From an uncultured Elusimicrobia bacterium (GTDB taxonomy: Bacteria > Elusimicrobiota > Elusimicrobia > Elusimicrobiales > UBA9959): a stretch of 64,000 bases of DNA. Location: positions 1,989 through 65,988 of the forward strand of contig CAIQNV010000157.1 in assembly GCA_903873295.1 (NCBI GenBank). Reading direction: 5' to 3'. The position numbers and the translations under genes are program-made. The notes beneath the pieces were generated by a model that ran no database searches, was not told the DNA's origin, and saw only the letters and a list, made by a program, of their open reading frames with translations. Each line of letters opens with the position of its first letter. The first letter of the stretch is position 1. Below are positions 59,016 to 64,000 of this stretch, in pieces.

Positions 59016-59519
59016 CTATGCCTTGGGGTAGCGGACCGAAATTATTTCAAGCCGCAGGGCGCCGGTTTTGCGCGGCAGAGTTATCAGCGCGCCGGGCCCG
59101 GCCCCGAGCAGGGCGCCGGCCAGCGGCGAGCCCCAGTTAAGCTTTCCGGCCGCCGCGTCGGCCTCGTCCTCGCCGACGAGCTGATATTCCCGCGCGGTCC
59201 CGTCCGGCTCTCTTACCGCCACCGTCGCGCCGAAGCGCACGTCTTCGGCGGCCAGGCCCCGGTTGTCCACCAGTATGGCGCGCTTTATCTGATCCCCGTA
59301 ATATTCCAGGTCCAGCTCGGCCTGGCGCAGCCCGAGGCTGCGCGGCTCGTCCGGGCGCTGTCCGGCCACCAGGCCGGCGCGCAGCAGGGTCAGCTCCGCC
59401 GCCCTGGCCTTAAGACTTTCAAGCCCGAAGGGCGTGACATAGTTGGGCCGGCCGCTGGGCTGCCTTTTAACCGGCTCGCCCGGATCCTCGCTGTCTTCTT
59501 TAACAAATGCTCTGCTCAT
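59016..59519 (-). CDS. GreA/GreB family protein
   Basis: MSRAFVKE, VRFGATV, LVGEDEAD, SPLA.AL. Confidence 0.85.
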   Translation of the reverse strand: MSRAFVKEDSEDPGEPVKRQPSGRPNYVTPFGLESLKARAAELTLLRAGLVAGQRPDEPRSLGLRQAELDLEYYGDQIKRAILVDNRGLAAEDVRFGATVAVREPDGTAREYQLVGEDEADAAAGKLNWGSPLAGALLGAGPGALITLPRKTGALRLEIISVRYPKA

Positions 59520-59535
59520 AAGCGTCAGGCCCGCT

Positions 59536-61233
59536 TCAGGGCATATTACCGTCGGCCGGTCGCTCCGCCGCCGTTTTCCAGCCGGAAATTCTGCGGATGA
59601 GGAAACCCGACCCGTAAAGCGCCGCTCCCGTCAGGAGCAGGCAAAAGATGCGCACCGCGGTCGGGGCCGACGCCGCGTCGTAAAGCAGCGCTTTTCCGGC
59701 GGCGAAGCCCAGCACGAACATCGCGGATTTGGCCATCGCTTCGTCCCGCCGGCTGAAGGCGAAAGCTATCACGCAGACGGCGTAAAAGAGCCAGGAGGCC
59801 GAAACCTGAAGCGAGCCGATATCCTTGGTCAGCCGGTAGAACCCGGCGACGGCCAGCAGATGCGCGGCGCCGAGCAGCGGGCCGTACGCGTTCTTGCCGG
59901 CCAGCTCCCCGCCCTTGAGATCGATCAGCAGCCACAGGCTCCCCAAAGAGACCAGCGAAACCGCCAGCCAGGGGAGCTCGTTCCCCGACAGCAGATGGGA
60001 AAGCATGGATAAATACTCTATCACCATCACCGCGAGGAGCGCCAGGGCCGGGATCCGGAACGGGCTGTTTTTTTTGTAGCCGGCAAGATCGACGCGGGAA
60101 AGGGCCAGCCCGAGCGCGATCACGCCGAACAGCCAGGGCTGCATTTCAGGTGGCAGCAGCTCAAGATAGAACGAGTGGAAGCACACTACGGTCAGGAACG
60201 CGAGGATCATGGGCTGGCTGCCCAGGCTTCCCTCGGGGAACTTTTTTTTCGCGGCCAGGTAGAGCCCAAGGAGCAGAGCGGCGAAGCCCAGCGAGAGCCA
60301 GGGCGCCAGGCCCGGCCGGAGGCGGTCGATGAAATAATACTCCACGGCATAAAAAAAGATAAGCACCGGCAGGAAACTTCCCGCTTCTTTTTCGGTCAGG
60401 GGCGTCCGGCTTTGCACGGTATAAAGATATGTCCCCGTAGAAAAGATCAGGAAGTTAAGGGCCAGCATGACCGCCGTCAGCGCGTCCTGCTTCAGGTCAA
60501 GGCCGAGGAGAGCGGTCATCAGGATCGCCAGATAGCCGGAGACAAGGGTTAAGGTCCGGGACCGCACCCAGACCGAGATAGTCGCGAACGCCACCGAGCA
60601 GAGCAGAAAATAGTAGACGGAGAACACGGCGCCGGCGCCCAGCCCGAGAATTGCGGGGGCGCAGTAGGAGCCGATCGCGGCCGTTACGGGATACCAATCC
60701 TCCTTTATCCTCAGATACAGCCAGACGCAGAGCCCGGAAACGAGGCTGGTCATGGAAATGGCGGCTTCGAACGAGATCAGGGAATATAGGCGATGGGCCG
60801 AAAAAACGGCGAGGTAAAGAACGATTATGCCGCCGCCCTGGAGCAGGCTGGAATATTCGTGGTCCGACTCCCTCAGCGCGAAGCCGGACGCGATCAGGCC
60901 GAGCCCGAAAAATATCGCGAGGCCGATCTGCCTCACGGGCGTCAGCCAGCCCGAATCTATGGAAAGCTTGATTATGAAGCCGGCGGCCAGCACAAAACAG
61001 ATGATGCCGACCACGCCGAGCCAGTTCCCTGACCTGTCTTTAGGGGCCGCCGCGGCGGAGGGGGCCGGAGCCTCAAAGGAGACGGGGGCCGGGGCGCTGG
61101 TTTGCGGCGGAGGCGGCGGCGTGGGAGGGGTCCAGGGCGGCCGGGGAAGCTTCAGGAACTCCTCCAGCCTGGAGAGCCGCTGTTCCATCGCTTTAAACCG
61201 CGCTTCCTGCCGAATCTGTTCGTCAAAACCCAT
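59536..61233 (-). CDS. DUF2339 family membrane protein
   Basis: Pro-rich N-terminus, NWLG.VG, GWLTP, many TM segments. Confidence 0.8.
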   Translation of the reverse strand: MGFDEQIRQEARFKAMEQRLSRLEEFLKLPRPPWTPPTPPPPPQTSAPAPVSFEAPAPSAAAAPKDRSGNWLGVVGIICFVLAAGFIIKLSIDSGWLTPVRQIGLAIFFGLGLIASGFALRESDHEYSSLLQGGGIIVLYLAVFSAHRLYSLISFEAAISMTSLVSGLCVWLYLRIKEDWYPVTAAIGSYCAPAILGLGAGAVFSVYYFLLCSVAFATISVWVRSRTLTLVSGYLAILMTALLGLDLKQDALTAVMLALNFLIFSTGTYLYTVQSRTPLTEKEAGSFLPVLIFFYAVEYYFIDRLRPGLAPWLSLGFAALLLGLYLAAKKKFPEGSLGSQPMILAFLTVVCFHSFYLELLPPEMQPWLFGVIALGLALSRVDLAGYKKNSPFRIPALALLAVMVIEYLSMLSHLLSGNELPWLAVSLVSLGSLWLLIDLKGGELAGKNAYGPLLGAAHLLAVAGFYRLTKDIGSLQVSASWLFYAVCVIAFAFSRRDEAMAKSAMFVLGFAAGKALLYDAASAPTAVRIFCLLLTGAALYGSGFLIRRISGWKTAAERPADGNMP

Positions 61234-61425
61234 TTTGCCTCCGGACAGCCTTTTGAACGATAACCCTGATTTTATTATGAAAAATGTGGGCCGCTAAGTC
61301 AAAGCCAAAATAACGCCGCCCCCTCCGCCTCCCGCGCCTTAAGCGGCTAACTTGCGGCCTCCGCTCCATATTTGTTATAAATTTTATATACCTTTATTAC
61401 CGCAAAAAAATCAACCGGAGGAAAT

Positions 61426-62547
61426 ATGTCCACAGCAACGACCATACGCCGCACCGCATTGAACGAAACCATGAGGAAATACGGCGGCAAGATGGTGGAC
61501 TTCCACGGCTGGGAAATGCCGATGCAGTTCGCCGGCATACTTAAGGAACACGAGGCCGTGAGGAAGTCGGCCGGCCTCTTCGACGTCTCCCACATGGGAC
61601 AGATCTTCGTGACCGGCGCGGACGCCTTCAAGCTGCTGCAGAAGATAAACACCAACGATCTGCGCAAGGCCACCCCCGGCAAAGGCGTCTACTCGCACGT
61701 AACCAACCCCAACGCGGGCCTGGTCGACGACATCATAGCTTTCTGCCTCAGCGCCGACCGCTACCTGGTCATAGTGAACGCCACCACCTCCACCAAGGAC
61801 TACGAGTGGTTCAAAAGCCAGGCCGGCAAGATGCTGGTCAAGGTCGAGAACAAAAGCGACGATTACTCGATGATAGCCGTGCAGGGCCCCAGCGTGCCCA
61901 AAATGTTCGAGACCTTCGCCCCGGAAGCCCTGAAGCTGCCCCGCTTCGGCATAGTGGAGAAGGACATAATGGGCGAGCACTGCTACGTGAGCCGCACCGG
62001 TTATACAGGAGAAGACGGTTTTGAAGTGACCGCCCCCCACTCCATAATAAACAAGCTCTGGGAGCATTTCATGGACCTGGGCAAGCCCTACGGCATAGTG
62101 CCCTGCGGCCTGGGCGCGCGCGACACCCTGCGCCTGGAATCCGGCTACCTGCTCTACGGCCAGGACGTCGACGATTTTCACACCACCTACGAGACAGGCT
62201 ACGGCTGGGTGGTGTCGCTGGACAAAGGCGATTTCAACGGGCGGAATATACTTGCCGAACAGAAAGCGAACGGCGTGAAGCGCCGCCTTACGGGCCTGAC
62301 CCTTACCGGCGGCGTACCGCGCTCCGGCTGCAAGATCTTTCTGGACGGCAAACAGGTTGGAGAGCTCGCCAGCGCCACTTATTCCCCCACTCTCAAAAAA
62401 GGCATCGGCGTAGGCTATGTCATCCCGCCGGACCTGAAGCCCGGAGCCCCGCTGGAAGTGGAGATACACGGCAGGCGCGTGAAGGCGGAAGTCGCGCGCG
62501 TTCCGTTCTTTAAGGGCACCGCTTTCAATAAAGGAATAGGGGCCTGA
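61426..62547 (+). CDS. gcvT: Glycine cleavage T protein
   Basis: FHGWEMP, FDVSHMG, RTGYTGEDGFE, GLGARDTLRLE. Confidence 0.96.
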   Translation: MSTATTIRRTALNETMRKYGGKMVDFHGWEMPMQFAGILKEHEAVRKSAGLFDVSHMGQIFVTGADAFKLLQKINTNDLRKATPGKGVYSHVTNPNAGLVDDIIAFCLSADRYLVIVNATTSTKDYEWFKSQAGKMLVKVENKSDDYSMIAVQGPSVPKMFETFAPEALKLPRFGIVEKDIMGEHCYVSRTGYTGEDGFEVTAPHSIINKLWEHFMDLGKPYGIVPCGLGARDTLRLESGYLLYGQDVDDFHTTYETGYGWVVSLDKGDFNGRNILAEQKANGVKRRLTGLTLTGGVPRSGCKIFLDGKQVGELASATYSPTLKKGIGVGYVIPPDLKPGAPLEVEIHGRRVKAEVARVPFFKGTAFNKGIGA

Positions 62548-62583
62548 TATTAATTTAGGATTTTAAATTACCAAGGAGACATA

Positions 62584-62970
62584 ATGCCTAAACCCGAAGA
62601 AGTTAAATACACTAAAACCCACGAGTGGGTGCACCTCGATGCGGAGGCCGCCGTAGGAATTTCCGACCACGCCCAGCACGAGATGGGCGACGTGGTATTC
62701 GTCGAGCTGCCGAAAGTAGGCCAAAAGCTGGAGAAAGAGAAGCCCTGCGCCGTAGTGGAATCCGTTAAATCCGCTTTCGACATTTACGCCCCGGTCTCCG
62801 GGGAAGTTACAGCCATAAATGAAGCCGTCACCGGCGACCCGGCCCTGCTCAACCAGGCCCCCCTGGACGGCGGCTGGATGTTCAAGCTGAAGCCGTCCAA
62901 CCCGGCCGAGGGAGAGACCCTGATGGACTTGACGGCCTACCAGGACTTCGTAAAACAAGCGGCACACTAA
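62584..62970 (+). CDS. gcvH: Glycine cleavage H protein
   Basis: YTKTHEWV, VESVKS (lipoyl Lys). Confidence 0.96.
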   Translation: MPKPEEVKYTKTHEWVHLDAEAAVGISDHAQHEMGDVVFVELPKVGQKLEKEKPCAVVESVKSAFDIYAPVSGEVTAINEAVTGDPALLNQAPLDGGWMFKLKPSNPAEGETLMDLTAYQDFVKQAAH

Positions 62971-62978
62971 AAACCACC

Positions 62979-63068
62979 AGTCAGGAGTCAGGGGACGGGA
63001 GTCCGGGGAAATAAAATCCCGGATTTCCGATTCCCGATCCCCAACCCGCGACTCCCGACTCTCGACTC
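62979..63068. repeat. Degenerate heptamer tandem repeats in inverted arrangement
   Basis: GGAGTCA/GGGAGTC-type units, then GATTCCC/GATCCCC/GACTCCC/GACTCTC. Confidence 0.6.
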
Positions 63069-63090
63069 TTCATTTTCCCAGGAGTTCCCC

Positions 63091-64000
63091 ATGTATATCC
63101 CGCACACCAAAACCGATAAAGAGGAGATGCTTAAAACCATCGGCGCCGCCTCCTTTGAAGAGCTGGTAAAACAGGTCCCCTCTAAATTCCTCTGGCCCAA
63201 ACTTAATTTACCCGAGGAAAGCCTCGACGAGGCCCAATCGGCCGTCCGCATGGCGGAACTGGCGAACAAAAACTGCCGACCGCTGAGCTTCCTCGGCGCC
63301 GGCGCCTACGAGCGCTACACCCCGGCCGCCGTCAAGGCCATCACCTCCCGCACGGAGTTCCTGACGGCCTACACGCCCTACCAGCCCGAGGCCAGCCAGG
63401 GCACGCTGCAGGCTATCTACGAGTTCCAGAGCACGGTCAGCGCGCTTTACGGCATGGACTGCGCCAACGCTTCGATGTACGACGGGGCCAGCTCCTTCGC
63501 TGAGGCCGTCCGCGCGGCGGTGCGCGTCACCGGCCGCAAGAAGATCGTCTATTCCGCCGGCGTGAACCCGCAGTATATGGACACGCTGAAGACTTATTTC
63601 GCCCACTCACCCGACTACACCTACGTAAAAGTCCCGATGAAGGACGGCGCGATGGACAAGGCCGCCCTGCCGGGCCTGCTCGCAGACGCGGCCTGCCTGG
63701 CCGTGCAGACCCCCAACTTCCTGGGCCTCATCGAGAACATGGACGGCGTCGCCGACCTGGCCAAGAAGGCCGGCGCGCTGCTGGTAGCCGCGGCCGACCC
63801 CGTCAGCCTCGGCATCCTGGCCGCTCCGGGAGAATACGGCGCCGATTTTGCCGTCGGCGAAGGCCAGAGCCTCGGCCTGCCGCTGGCTTACGGCGGGCCC
63901 TACCTCGGCCTGTTCTCCTGCAAAAAGGAGCACGTGCGCCAGATGCCGGGCCGAATAGCCGGCCTGACCAAAGACAAAGACGGCAGGCGCGGCTTCGTGC
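63091..64000 (+). CDS. gcvPA: Glycine dehydrogenase subunit 1, partial
   Basis: MYIPHT, FLGAGAY, EFLTAYTPYQPEASQG, NASMYDG, GGPYLG; runs off right edge. Confidence 0.94.
   Translation, partial: MYIPHTKTDKEEMLKTIGAASFEELVKQVPSKFLWPKLNLPEESLDEAQSAVRMAELANKNCRPLSFLGAGAYERYTPAAVKAITSRTEFLTAYTPYQPEASQGTLQAIYEFQSTVSALYGMDCANASMYDGASSFAEAVRAAVRVTGRKKIVYSAGVNPQYMDTLKTYFAHSPDYTYVKVPMKDGAMDKAALPGLLADAACLAVQTPNFLGLIENMDGVADLAKKAGALLVAAADPVSLGILAAPGEYGADFAVGEGQSLGLPLAYGGPYLGLFSCKKEHVRQMPGRIAGLTKDKDGRRGFV

Noticed and set aside
61234-61425. Glycine riboswitch upstream of gcvT
   Set aside because: Conserved GGAGA/CCGAAG/CTCTCAGG elements are absent

Overview
High-GC bacterial chromosomal window. It is plausibly Elusimicrobiota-like, inferred from gene repertoire and style only. 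Mostly housekeeping and envelope genes: amidohydrolase, clostripain, an arsR-arsP-arsE/F/G-like operon, a TetR/TolC/HlyD/ABC efflux operon, rlmI-like, MATE, CYTH, typA, ABC-F, ahcY, hrpB, gapN-like, nth, amidase, lpdA, xth and gcvT-H-PA. Two divergent tRNAs (Gln-CUG, Pro-UGG) are present. Notable items: (1) a co-oriented trio of SulP-STAS-cNMP, an orphan PycTM/DUF5706-like protein and MscS-cNMP with no adjacent cyclase (29.7-34.0 kb); (2) a DUF350-like gene plus an exported protein carrying a poly-Gly-flanked Hint (BIL-like) domain fused to two Tim44-like domains (22.1-24.1 kb); (3) four direct copies of the tRNA-Gln downstream sequence partitioning an accessory region into 1.8-3 kb blocks (34.1-42.3 kb); (4) two families of dispersed nested-hairpin elements with compensatory changes and modular inserts; (5) a trmJ-like gene split by an in-frame TGA; (6) several apparently leaderless genes. 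All family calls come from motif recognition by eye; no searches were run.
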